Source of the DNA: Vicugna vicugna
Lineage: Eukaryota
NCBI GenBank assembly: GCA_013265495.1
Contig: MU057865.1
Location: 992,001 to 1,056,000, forward strand
Direction of reading: 5' to 3'
DNA length: 64,000 nucleotides
This document shows, in pieces, positions 26,136 through 38,929 of the stretch. A program made the position numbers and the translations under genes. Numbering within the stretch: the first letter of the stretch is position 1; each line of letters starts with the position of its first letter. Under the pieces are notes generated by a model. The model had not been told where the DNA came from, made no database searches, and was given only the letters and a program-made list of their open reading frames with translations.

Positions 26136-27354
26136 AATTAAACAAAGCAAGCACAGAAGCAGAATCTATACATGTAACATCAACAAATTACATTCAGAGG
26201 AAGTGTGTATGTTCCAAGGCCATTTAATTTATTTTTAATTGCTTTAGTCTATAAATATACTCCTTTGGCCCAAGTAAAACTACTTTTCAAACTTAGTCTT
26301 TTTGATTGTGACAAATATTAAAATCACTTAAACAAACAGAGGGCAACATGATTTTGGTGGTGGAGAATGATTCATCTTTAAAGTTATATCATTAACTACT
26401 GTCACCCACTTTGGCTGGAATGTTCCACAGATACAAAGGTTCAAAGACATTATTAGTAGTTTCAAAAGGAACTTCCAAGTGAATGATTGCTTTGTACCAG
26501 GAGGGAGACAGCATTTGCCATCAAAATTTGGTGTTGTGTGGTTTCAGTTAAATCAAAACCTCTTTGGAAAAGGGATGGAAAGTAGAAATATCAGATCTAC
26601 GTAATAGGTAGCTAGTTATTAAGATGAACTGGAAGCAAACATATATATATATATATGTTTGTTGATGTTAGCAAAAGCTAATATTGTGTGTTAATAAGGA
26701 AGAAACAAAATAAGAACGCGCCTTCTTCAATTGTCAGTTTGGGTCACTAGTAGGTACCTAGTATATGGAATACAGAAACATCTCGTGTAACTAATTTTTC
26801 CCCAGTGACTCCTGGCTTTTGCAAGTTCTTCCTCTTTCTGTTCTTCTGGATTCTAGGCCTGGAAAAATGGAGTTCAACAAAACAAATAGGGGAAAAATAA
26901 GCATTTCTATTCAAAATGGCACATAATAAACACGTGTAACTCATATTGTGTGAAGTCAGAAAATATGAAGAGATCACAAAAGGGTTAGAGAAAGTCAGAT
27001 GAATTCATTACTGTCAATGAAATCCAGGAAACAGGCCTCTAGCTTTTAAAAATATATCAGGACACTCCCCATCACCCTTATATATGTATTTTTTTAAATT
27101 TCATCTCTATTTATAATCAGATGCAATGCAAAATGACATTCAGATCTTACTCAAGCATGTTTTATGGGGTCCTTCCAAGCATAGAATGCTGAGCTGAATA
27201 AGTTTTGTGTCTCATATTATGTTGCACCTCCTTTCTGAAGCCCTCCTGTGACGTTTAAGTACAATTCACTACTTAAATATGTAGTATCTTATTATCGCTT
27301 GTTATTGAATCTCTTGGGTTAATCCTGTTGCTCTAACTGAATTTTAAGCTTCTT

Positions 27355-27472
27355 TTGTTTTGGCAGGGGTAGTAATTAGGTTGTTTATTTATTCAATGGA
27401 GGTGCTGGGGATTGAACCCTGGACCTCGTACATGCAAAGCACGCACTCTACCACTGAGCTATCCCCTCCCCC
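27355..27472 (-). mobile_element. tRNA-derived camelid SINE (Vic-1-like) with TSD
   Basis: The minus strand reads GGGGGAGGGGATAGCTCAGTGGTAGAG (A box)...GGGTTCAATCCC (B box) followed by an A-rich tail. TSD TAAGCTTCTT at 27345-27354 and 27475-27484. Confidence 0.92.
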
Positions 27473-28274
27473 TCTAAGCTTCTTAATGACAAACCTTATA
27501 CTCAGTTTTTCTTCTAATTGTGTGTCCTTCACAGTGACTGAGTCAGGCCTTCAAGGTACAGTAGGGGCCCAAGAAACTTCCATATCTCTGAACTGAATAA
27601 CAGAGTCTTGTTTACATCTCTTTAATCCATAAGAGAGAGTCATGTGACGTTTTAGAGAATGGAAGACCTTTAAGAACATAACGCGATTAGAAACTCAAAT
27701 GTATTTAAAAAGCAAAAGGGGATGGTGCACACTCTTTCTTTGTGGATGCCTTGCAGTACGTAAGGGAGGTTGGGTAGAATTTGGCAGAGCGCTCCTTCCC
27801 TGACTCACAGACTCCTTTTCTGGGAGTATGTCTCCCTATTTCTGAGACTCTTGACATTTTATTTCTGAATTAATTGTATGTTCCCACGTTTAAGAGGTCG
27901 TTATTGTTGTAGTTCACTATTGCAAAAAATACCACTGTCATTTACTACCTAGTTCCCTCTTGAGTAAGTCGAAGTTACCCCAGAAGAGCGAGAACTCCAC
28001 GATACAAGTTTTACATCTGTTCCAGGTAGCTCTTCACAAAATCCTCCCTGAATCTTCTAACTCAACCAGAAGATGTGCAAAGCTCCTTTATGGAATAAGA
28101 CCCTTCAACTCATCTGGTCCAAGAGCTGGAAAAAAATTTGGAGCAGTTAATTTTACAGAGGAGAAAAGGGTAGCCCAGAAATGAAAGATGGCTTGACCAA
28201 GGGCACACGGTCAGTCCTTTAAAGTCTCCATGATTGCAGTAGCAATTATTTAGATTTAATTGGGTCTCCTGGAG

Positions 28275-28488
28275 CAGTGTTTCAACTCGAGGTGATTTTG
28301 ATTGTCAGAGGACATTTGGCAACATCTGGCGACAATTTTGGTTTTTACAACTTGGACGGAAGGTTCTACTGGCAACCAGTAGATAGAAGCCAAGGATATT
28401 CATAAACACCCTACAGTGCACAGGACAGGCCCCACAATAAGGAAATGTAAGGCCCAGAATATCAACAGTGCTGAGGTTAAAAACTTTG
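28275..28488 (+). mobile_element. MER20 hAT-Charlie DNA transposon
   Basis: CAGTGTTTCAAC...GGACATTTGGCAACATCTGG...CCTACAGTGCACAGGACAGGCCCCACAA...AACAGTGCTGAGGTT matches full-length MER20. Confidence 0.92.
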
Positions 28489-30898
28489 CAATTGAAAAAA
28501 AGAAAAAGCAAAAAAGAAGCAAAATTAAAATCCTGTACAATTTATATATCTTGCTCTTAAACCAACTTCTGTATTTTCTTATTCTATGCCTATATCCAGG
28601 AGCATTTCCATCAGCATTTTTTACCCTACAGTTCATTCTTATACCCTCTAAATTGGGGGCAGTGGTAAGGAAGGATGGGAAAACTAATTTCTGTTTTACA
28701 TCTGCATTTAAAATCTATTACTTAAAGGAGGTTCAAAAAAAACCCCCTAAATTCTGCTCGTAACTCTGTTTTCTCTTAGAAGTCATGGCATATGAGCCAA
28801 CTCAGTTCTGGAAATCCTTACAGAAAAAATAGGGAATTCTGCTATTAACATAAAACACTATAAACACCAATATAATCTAAGGCTTATACGGAAACATCAA
28901 AACGCCTACCTCATGCTTCCTTCTGACCTGTTCCATTTCCAGAGCCATCATAGCATGTAGTTTTTAATTTCTGAGGATACCATTTGTCCCTAAGTAGTAA
29001 TTCTGGATCCTTAATAAAATTAACACCTGACAGTTCGTGAAACAAAATCATGGGACTCTTAAGACAGTCAGACATAGGAGTACAAATTAAATACATATAA
29101 ATTTCTTTTTTCATTATATGGTATTGGTATTAATAGGTCCTGTGGCTTTGTTTACATTTGTAACAGAAGGTGAAGATTCAAGATAAGGATCAAAGTTCTC
29201 TGGTTTAATAAGCACTCCTCATCACTCCCAAATTCTGTTCTTTGCCTTTTTATTTTTTTCTTCCTATTCCTTTTATATGCATTAGTGTTCTGATCCCCTC
29301 CTTATAATTAATCTTGCCCTGAGGGAAGAATCTCTCATGAAGTATTTATACATTAACAATAATGTAGTCTGATTTGTTCACTGTCCTGAGGATATATGCA
29401 TTCTGAGTGAAGAGTATGAAGCAGATAAGGAAGGTGTTTTTGAGGGACAATTGATAGTCTGTGTTACCTACAGACTTAGTCAACAAGTCCAATTGGGAGA
29501 ATAATGGAAGAAAAAGGATGTCATAGATATGGTATGACTAGATTGAGGATCCTAGATAGAGGAAATTAAGCTTTAAAGGTAAATGGGAGGGACATGGCTA
29601 GGTCAGCATGTTGTGACATTGGATGAAGGATGGGATGGCAAGTTGGTTTAGTTGAGAAAGGAACTACCCACAGAGCAATCATATATTAAGATATTTCCTG
29701 TCTCGGTTCCCTTTCTATATTCTGTATTCTCTCCAAAAGCCCTTTCTCTCCATTTCTTCCATTTCCAACTTTCTTGCCTTAAACATCCTCAACTTATAGA
29801 TCTGTAATATAAAGAAAGGACTCAGTGTGGCTTGTTTGATTGGCTGGTGACATCTTGTTTCACCTCCATCTAAACGTTAGGCCACCTAGCAACAAAGGAA
29901 CTGCCACATTTGCATAAGGTGATCCTGGGCAATTCTCAGACATTGTAATTGGATTACCTCTCCAAATTACTGCTTTATCAGTAAACATGAAACAGGTGGA
30001 CCAGAATCCGAATACACACGTCTGTCCTGGAAGGCGGCAGTCAGGGCTAATCCAAGGAGGAACCAGGGAAAATGTAAATGAGGAAAATCTGACTTTGAAC
30101 TTTAGATTTACTCACATCATTCATCAGATAAGTTTCCTCACAGTCTGGTTTCTTTAATGCCTTGATATTTTTTCAATCTTTAACAATTCTGTACACAATT
30201 TTCTTTTCTTTTTTTTAAAATATGGCTTTCAACCTTTAGTTTTTCCTTTTCTAATTTTAGATATTGTGGCCGATTTGGTAATCCAAAGACTTATTAGATT
30301 TTTAAAAAATCCTTAATAAAAAGAGGTACTTTAACAAGAAAAGTAATTAAATAATTAACAATAAGGGAGAATAAGACGGTTGTGGTAAACAAAATGCTAT
30401 TTCTTCTACGGGTATACATTTCCATTAGTCAATTTGAAAAATTAAGTGATAAAATATTACAAACATGTAGAGAGGAAATTTAAATAATTTTTTTCTTCAT
30501 GCTTCCAGTTCTTTATAGAACATTACATCGGTTAATGGCAATTTGTATAATTTGTGTAATGACATATATTGCCACAAGCCCTCACCCAGTGGAGTGCTGT
30601 CAGAGTCATAAATCAGGAGGCAGTGAACACTGGGGAGCGAAGTCTATCAGCCGCAGGGTGAAGAGGAACAGGTCATGGTGGCGGTCATTCAGTGAGTAAC
30701 TGTGCGGGGTGAAGAAGCAAAGTGGATGGAATGGCAGGAGGAGAGCCTGACTGAGCCAGACCTGGATGAGCTAATTCTCCATATCACATGGAATAATGCT
30801 TCATGCGTAGATGTTGTTTGGCTCAACTTCTAAAAGCACTTTCCCTGACTTACGATGACTTCTCTACAGGGATCTAAGGACAATGTTGAGAGCAAATC

Positions 30899-30920
30899 TG
30901 TGTGTGTGTGTGTGTGTGTG
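30899..30920. repeat. (TG)11 microsatellite
   Basis: Read directly. Confidence 0.95.
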
Positions 30921-30950
30921 TATAACATGAAATATATATTTCTCAAGAAT

Positions 30951-31447
30951 TGCCAAGTTCAAGATTTTACCCTACCAGCAGGCTAACGACTTAGCCTGCC
31001 ATAATTCAGCCAGTCGTGGATGCTAGCAGGAGACGGGAGATGCCTCACGTCAAAGGACTTTGTGACTTAGGGCAAGAGCAGTGACCAGATTATCTGCATG
31101 TTCTTGCACCAGGTCCCTAAGCTTCAGTTCCCACAGCCTGACTCACAGAGCCAGATGACACAGAGATAACCCAGATGAGTTACATCACAAAGAATTACAT
31201 TACAGAGAATCCAAATCTTTTAATGGATAGTAAACATGCCTACACTTTGTTCTAGAGGGAGGCTATTTTTATGTTCCAAGGCTGCAAGCAAACCTGCCCT
31301 TGGCTCTGGAGGGAGAGAAAATCTGTTTTCTGAGAATTTTGAGCCTAGAAACATCTTTGTAAAGAAATTCCAAACCAAGGGTAATCGGTGCCTCTGCTTG
31401 CAAGAGATGAAAAGCACAAGACACCCATGAAAAATGATTTTCCGACA
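30951..31447 (-). mobile_element. LTR40-like ERVL solo LTR
   Basis: TG...CA termini. AGATTTTACCCTAC...GCTAACGACTTAGCCTGCCA...TGGATGCTAGCAG and GTGCCTCTGCTTGCAAGA...ACCCATG match recalled antisense LTR40. Confidence 0.8.
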
Positions 31448-34229
31448 CTTTTTAAGTGGATAAATGCCCTGATGAATCCCATGACTTTGATTCCCCTTGG
31501 GATGGGACTCCACGTTCTCTTTCTCCTGGAGAGAAACTTCCCATCTCCCACCAACCCCATTCTGGGAACTAATGAACTTGAGCTACGACAGTGGAAAATG
31601 AAACAAAACATTAACTTTGGTCTTTTAGCGTTGGCAGAGGGTCTAAAGCAATAATCCTTGGCATTTATCCCTTTACCTTTTATTATCTAAGCACTTTGTG
31701 AAATTATCTAGTTAGTTAATCTTCCTAACACCTTTGTGAGTGAGGTTAAATGATGCAGTTTCTAAAATAGATATATACAAATTATAACTTGATGGGTCTA
31801 GTGTTAGAAGTTTGGGCTATAATTGTTCTTGGTGTTTGATGGGATTACAGCCATTTTACGGGCCACTGGTTGCAGTTTCTTCTACACGTCATCTGTTTTT
31901 ATGGTCTGGTATCCGAAGGAACAATCCAAAATGGCTCAGTGAAACCACGGTCCCTTCGAAGGAAGCCTATCTTTTAACATACTTTTTAAAATATTTTTAA
32001 GTTTTTTTTTTTAATATCCTACTCTCGCTGGTTTCAGTTGTAACTCTGTTTCTAATTCTGGAAGTAATTATCTGAACAAAAATGATAAAACCTTAAAATT
32101 AGATAAGAACTTGAAGGATTATGTAAGTTTCTTTTTTTCAATGGGTCAGTTCTTCAGCACTGATACATTTTTGAAATAAGAGTAGATTATTTCTTTAGTC
32201 AATCAGGTAATAATATAATTTGTGTGTCTTTAATGTAACTTAAGATTTATGTTCTTTAATGTAACCTAATATTTTCCAGACTTCGCAAGATCGTTAGTAC
32301 CAAAAGGATGACAGCATCTCAAATTTCACAAGATGATGAGGTTTTTGTCTGCTTTATTTTTTCATTGATGAATCCCTAATACCCAAGTTAAGAGTGCACA
32401 GAGCATGCACTGTTAATATTTGTTGAGTAAATGATAGCAGAAGCTTTGAACCCTCTACGCAACCTATAAATCCTATAGATTATGAAAAGAGTCTGCCATT
32501 GTGAATAACGTTTCTTGGTCAGGCATAATCACTGTTTCCTTCACTCTTCATCTGATTCAGCAATTGTTCCCAGGGATCCACAGAGAAATTACAAACCCTG
32601 CAAGTTGGTGGGAATATGCTGTGTTCTGGACAGGACAAGAAGGATTTTCTTCCCCACTCAGTGACATATCTTGCCACTCACGGGCTCCAGCAAAAATGCT
32701 TTGATCCATGTCACTAAGCATTTGTGATTTCAGTTTCTTCAGCTCCAGTCCAAAACTTAGCTCTCCAAAGCCTTAGACCTCATTCATGCATCCTTTGCCA
32801 TCCTCCTCCACCAACCCTTCTCTCTTCTCTCTGCCATCTCTCTTCTCTCCCCACGAAACTGCCTCTGTAAGGCTATCTCACTCATGTGCAGGTTAACTTA
32901 ATTTATATTCAGTGACATCGGAATGTGAATTTCACTTAGCGGCAATGATCATCTTAAACTAACAGATATGTAATCATTTCTATTTCAAAGGAGTTCTTTC
33001 TCTTTTTCAAATAGTTGCCTTGTGCAAAGTAAAACACTTAATTTCAGTGATACCTTGGTCAAAAATCTTCCTGGAGATGACACAATTTAGTCTCCTGGTG
33101 GTGAACCTAAATTTTCATAAGACTTGCCTATCATGAGGCCTGGTTAAGAATGTTGCTGATCAAAACATATCATAAAGTCTTCTTTGCTTTCTCTCTTCTT
33201 TTAACGTCCTTTAAAAATAAAATCATCTAATGCACCCCCACTTTCTAATTGTATCTAAGTGGTTGAGTCTACACAACATTTATTTTATTTTCCTTCATGT
33301 CAATGATCACATTTGTTTTAGGCAGATTTTTAAAAACTCTGTATCAATTTCTTCATATTTGTGATCTCTTCCACTCTTCCAATTCCAGATAAATGGAGAT
33401 GATGGGGTCAGCCTCATCACCTAAACACAGATGACTCTCACAAAACAGCACGTGACCTAAGAGATAAAAGTTCAGCCTTTTTTTTTTGACATAAGCATCA
33501 AAGGCGATCTGAGGGCTGCCCTTGTGACAGATAATTAGAGAAAACTGTCAAGCTTGCAGCTTAATCCTAGGTACATCTGCTCGAAGTCAGCTCTGAAAAC
33601 TGTGGGATCTAGGAAGACAATCTTTTGTAATTAGCCAAGGCCACGATAATCCATAAAAACATCCAATCACATTGATTTCCAGTCCATCAAGTGGTATCAG
33701 TCAGCCGCAAACTTACTGACCATCCCGGAGCTGTGACTACCTCATGTAAGCCTCTGAGGTCACGTAGTTTCCTTTGCCTTATAAACATAAAATCATTTTC
33801 GCTTTTTGATAAACTGTCTTTTCGTAGGGGGCAGTAGGGAAGAGGCAAAGTAGGAAAAAATGGACTGTCAGAAGCATTCACAAACCGTTGACATCGGGGA
33901 GGTAGAAATCCACCAAATGTCTTCTGTAAGATTAAATGTTCCAGCTAATGTGTAGCCAGCAAGATATGTCGTATAAGAAGAGAGAAAATTACATTGTATC
34001 TGCTTCTGTGCTTGGGATCTTGGCTGTGTTCTGCACTGCTGAGCACTGCACCCATGACTCTTTTGCTATTTGGAGGTACTCCTTCCATCTCTGTGTCCCA
34101 CACCTGTTACCCTCTTGAAGCTTCGAGTCTCTAGTCAGTCTCAAATACAATTACTAAAACAATCTTCCTTACACTCAATTTTTCAGAATGAGTCACATCA
34201 GTCTTCTACCTCTCTCGTGCTTGTCACAT

Positions 34230-34985
34230 GCATTCTGATTCTTTCCTCAGTCTGGTGTCCTAGGCACTTCGTTTTTGGAGCTCAGTGACCCTCCCCTTAC
34301 CCTTGCTGTCTTGATGGCAATTCCTACTGCCTCTCTTAGGTAATAGTATCCTTACTCATTTCAAAATGCCAACCTCAGATCAGTTAAAAACCCACATCTC
34401 CTCTGATCCTAATTTGATGTGCTTTTACTACCCTTTGGTGTAGGTAACAGTGAAATAGTCCAACCACTTGCTTTGCTTTGTTTTCCCTCACCCAGACACT
34501 CTGACAGCTACTTAGTGTTTGTTGTCATTTCTTCCTGCAACCTGCTTCTCTCCTCCTATCCAATAAAGCACTTTTCTGCCATCTTTTTCTCTTTCTCCTT
34601 TTGAGGATCCATCTGTGAGACCATCCCCTAAGTGAAGTACACTCCTGCAAGAATTCCAGCCCCCCCGTTTTCTGCATTTCTTCTTTTTGCATTAGCCCTG
34701 TGCCTCCTACTGCCTCCTTTAAGTTGATGACTCTCATTTTGTATCTCCAGTCATTTGAACTTTTGTCCCATATATTCAATTGCCTAAAGGCATTGCCACA
34801 TTTAAAAAAAAAACCCTCATATTTGTGCAAATCTTACCATATTCAAAACTGAATTAATCTTCTCCCCACAATTGGATTCCTTTTTTAACTTATTTCATTC
34901 CAGTAAGGCAGTTGTCCTTGCTGGTTTCCTGCCCTTGCTTTGTTTTCAATTTATCATCAAGTTGCTTCATTTCTTCCTTCAATTT
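34230..34985 (+). mobile_element. L2 LINE fragments
   Basis: GATGACTCTCATTTTGTATCTCCAG...CCCATATATTCAATTGCCT...CATATTCAAAACTGAATTAATCTTCTCCC resembles the L2 RT region (ADD motif, KTEL). Confidence 0.6.
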
Positions 34986-35049
34986 TTTTTAATGCTATTA
35001 CCGTAGTAATGATTCCCATCACCCTCCTCCCCAATCTAAGAACAGTTTT

Positions 35050-35515
35050 ATTAAATTTCTTCTTTAAGATATAATTTATATACCATAAAATTCACCATTT
35101 TAAAGTGTAAAACTTGTTTTTAGTATACTCACAATGTTGGGCAACCATCACTATTGTTTAATTCTATTACATTTCATCACTCCGAAAAGAAACTCCATAC
35201 CGATGAGTAAGTAGTCTCCCCTCCTCATTTCTCAGCCCCTGACTGATTTCTTATCTGTCTCTTTGGGTTCACCTATTCTCAACATTTTCCATAAATGAAA
35301 TAATGCGATATGTGGCCATTGTGACTGGCTTCTTACACTTGGCTAAATGCTTTATCCATGTTGTAGCATGTGTCAATACCTCAGTCTGTTTCATTGGTGA
35401 CTAATATTCCATTGTCTGTGTACGTATATATGTGTATACACACATACACACATACATATATAGTTTGTTCGTTAATCAGTTGATGGACATTTGGGTTGTT
35501 TATGGCTATTATTTT
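35050..35515 (-). mobile_element. L1MB-like 3' end
   Basis: AGATATAATTTATATACCATAAAATTCACCATTTTAAAGTGTA...GCAACCATCACTA...ATCCATGTTGTAGCATGTGTCA...TTGATGGACATTTGGGTTGTTT. Confidence 0.88.
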
Positions 35516-35583
35516 AGGAAAATACATTTACTGTACCAGATAAAAAGACATGGTGATGTGTAAGGGTGTGAAAGTAGAGATGG

Positions 35584-35761
35584 TGATCACTAATAGATTA
35601 ACAAGTTTACACTGTATAACACAGGGAGCTATATTCAATGTCTTGTAATAATCTATTATAAAAAATGAAAATGAATATATGTATGTATATGTATAACTAA
35701 AATATTATGCTGTACAAGAGAAATTGACATAATTGTAAACCGTACTTCAATCAAAAAAAAA
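35584..35761 (+). mobile_element. Camelid-type L1 3' stub with TSD, inserted in an antisense L2 fragment (~35530-35880)
   Basis: ACTGTATAACACAGGGAGCTATATTCAATGTCTTGTAATAA...CTTCAAT plus poly(A). TSD GAAAGTAGAGATGG (35570-35583) / GAAGGTAGAGATGG (35762-35775), one mismatch. Confidence 0.88.
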
Positions 35762-37814
35762 GAAGGTAGAGATGGAGAAAAGTGTGTAAGTTTGGCACAT
35801 ATATATGAAAGTAGAGTAAATTAGATTTGTTGATGGATTAGATGAGAAGGATGAGAGAGAAAAAGTAATCACAGATGAATCAATATTATTATGATGAATT
35901 CTTAATATTCTTAAGAATATTATGAATTATATGGTCTTCCTTCCCTAGGTGGGAAAAATTATTTAATGACATAGAGAAAATTGTGTTTACAGTAGGATGC
36001 CTGGAGTCTGGGTGTCTGTAGAATGGACAGAAGATAGTTGTTCTATAACTTTACTTTGGAAGATAATATCTTATGGATTTTAATCTAAAAATTTCATATG
36101 TATAATATTTTTATGTGAATGTCCAAATTTGAAATAATACCTCCAAAAGATACTCACTGTGCATGTTATTTTTTTTCCCTCAGTTGTATACCTTAGCACC
36201 TATCCCTGTCCCACATACCATTTAAACTTATGGTTGACTGTGAGCTTTATCCTAAATCTGCTTATGCTTCTATTAATGCCTCTGCTAACGCCACAGTAAG
36301 TCATCACGTCCTGCCCATTACTTTTCTTCTAAGTATGTTCTGTGATCCACTTCATTCATCTCTTTGCCCTCATTCCAATTATTTCTTACATAAACTCAGT
36401 CTACACCATATCCTCCTCTCTCTCCAGATTTGTATCCTTAGATTATCACCAGAACTGCTAGCAATACACAGATTAAATGCACCTCTTACTTGTCTTGACA
36501 CGTAGACATTTTCAGACATTTCCCTTAGTCAAACCCATCCTGGGTCAGTGTCCTGTTCTTTCCCAAATAAGCTTCATAACACTACAATACGTACGATATA
36601 TGTGCTACATCATATGCATCACATGTATTGCAACTATCTGTTCATATATTGTCTTATTTGTTTTTATCCTAAGATAAAAAATAAAATTCTGGGCTATTGC
36701 CTAGAAAATGACTTGTGATAGATTTTGATTACTTCTGTGCAAATGAATAAGTTATATAGATTAGTCTAGACTGATGTGCAATAGATTTTTTTTTAAATAT
36801 TATTTCTACTCCAATGTTTTTCACGCTGGTTACAATTAAAACACTTCTAGTCTTATAATCTTTCAAGAATAAAAATGATGACATTATCTAGAGTGTTGGA
36901 GAAATGTACTTCATGTAAAGATTGAGCGTCTGAATTTTGGTAACTTAAATCTTAACTCAGTAATACCTGTTGCCCTGTTGTACAACAGGGAAATTAAAAT
37001 ATAGGCAATTATAAAAAAAATTCACAAATTATTGCATAAAGTGAAAATGTTTACTTTTTTATTTTCATAAATGTTACCACAAAAAAGGGAAAAAAAGCTT
37101 TGATAGAAAATTAACTGATATATATGTGCATATATATATGAATATTATTGGGAGAAAAATATGTTCAGATCTCCAAATCACATTTCAGTAAAGCAAAATT
37201 TTCTGAAGACAAATTCACACTAAGTCATTCAGAACCTGATTAGAACATATAGACTGATAGTCTCAAGGTTGTCTGATTTCAAATTTAGTAAAACTTTATG
37301 TAACACCTGGGATTCCTATGAAAAGTGTTGTAAAGTACAACAATAACCAAAAAGACTCAGTGATTAAAATTTATACCATTTTTCTGTGTGTGTGTGTGAT
37401 TCTTTTCAGTTCTGGGACTTTGTAATCTTGTTCATTTGGATTAAGGTGTTGGTTGAGCTTTAAACCCAAGGATGGGACAATTATAATGGTTCTAACATTC
37501 AAACAAACAAACAAAAACAAAACTTCTTCAGCTTCCAGACTGGTGTGGAGTATGCTAGACTGATACATTGATGCTCATCACTCTACCCCCACTACTCAAC
37601 AAAGACTCAAGTAATTCATATTGATACTTTTAAGAGCTGGTAAAATCCTATATTTCAGGAAGCTGTCTTCAATTTATTTAATTACTCCTGTAGTTAACAT
37701 CTTCCTCTCTGTTTTCTATGGACTTGAATTTTCAGTTTATACTTTATCTATTTGAGATTTCATTATGACTATTTTCCTGTTATTTCTTCCAGATTATAAA
37801 AATGGGATTCCTGG

Positions 37815-38253
37815 TGTAGTAGACAGTGCTGATGCCCACACCATCTTTGAAATCATCTGTATCAAAGGTTAACGAGTCCCAGCGCACTTAGTTTGCCAGC
37901 TCTTTTTTCCCTCGCTTGAGGACTTTGGAATTGTGGGCACTTACTTCACAACTAGCAAGCATAATCTGGGAATGTAGGGAAATAAATGGACAAAAGTCAT
38001 CAGTAGAAACATGGTTCAATTCCCCTGCCTTCTGAGGGATAATTCAAAGGTAAGATTCACAGTTTCTCAGTGAGCCCCTAAAGGTATTGAACCTCAGTTG
38101 ATTTGCTATTAATGTACATTTTTTATATTATTTCCATTCTTGCTATCATCTTCTACTTTCTTATTTGTGATTCCTGGAATCACCTCCCAAGTAAATTATC
38201 TGCCTGTAGTTACTTGTCATAGAGTCAACTTTTGAGGGGCTTCAGTTTAAGAT
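37815..38253 (+). mobile_element. LTR16-like ERVL solo LTR
   Basis: The end TTCCTGGAATCACCTCCCAAGTAAATTATCTGC...TTTTGAGGGG...TAAGATA matches the recalled LTR16-family 3' end. Starts TGTAGTAGAC. Confidence 0.7.
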
Positions 38254-38695
38254 AGACGTGAGACAGTAGGTATTCAATAAATTCTTGTTGAGTAAATTAG
38301 CCGAGTATTGTAAGTGACCCAGATATCATATAAATGTCTATGTAAGATCTATGTAAGAACAATGGAAGTACTGTTGTCATACTATAAGTGACATTTTCCT
38401 TCAGAGTTTCCCACTTTTTATTATGTAGAATTATTACAGATTGACTGCACATATACAATATATTGCATGTAAATACATAAATACAGTATACTGCACATAT
38501 TTTTTAATTTACATATATGTACTGTTCATGTTTCTAAGAACAGTTTAGAGTTTTAGCTTTTTACACCTACATAGTTATCAAAGGAATAAAGCCAATGACA
38601 AAATAAGAATCAACAAACTGCAGTAATCCAATCATAAAGGACATGTAAATGTGCTTACACATATTCAAGAAACCAATCATCTAAGTTATAATTAA

Positions 38696-38890
38696 TAAGA
38701 AGTTCATTTATGTCTTTTTTTTTAGATTCCACATATAAGTGATACACAGCATTTTTCTTTCTCTTTCTGACTTATTTCACTTAGAATGACAATCTCCAGT
38801 TCCATCCATGTTGCTGCAAATGAAATTATTTTATTAACTTTATGACTGAGTAGTACTCCATTATATATTTATACTACAACTTCTTTATCC
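38696..38890 (-). mobile_element. Camelid-type L1 3'-region internal fragment
   Basis: TTTTAGATTCCACATATAAGTGATA...TTCACTTAGAATGACAATCTCCAGTTCCATCCATGTTGCTGCAAATG is an antisense L1 ORF2-end/3' UTR motif. Confidence 0.85.
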
Positions 38891-38929
38891 TTTAATGATC
38901 CTTATTTTATTACTTTTTCTTTTTTTTTC

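Noticed and set aside
26635..26662. Hairpin AAACATATA...TATATGTTT as a pre-miRNA
   Set aside because: It is essentially a self-complementary (AT)n microsatellite with short flanks.
27400..27472. tRNA gene (also 58510-58575)
   Set aside because: A/B boxes are present, but each copy has a SINE body and TSDs and no convincing acceptor stem; these are SINEs.
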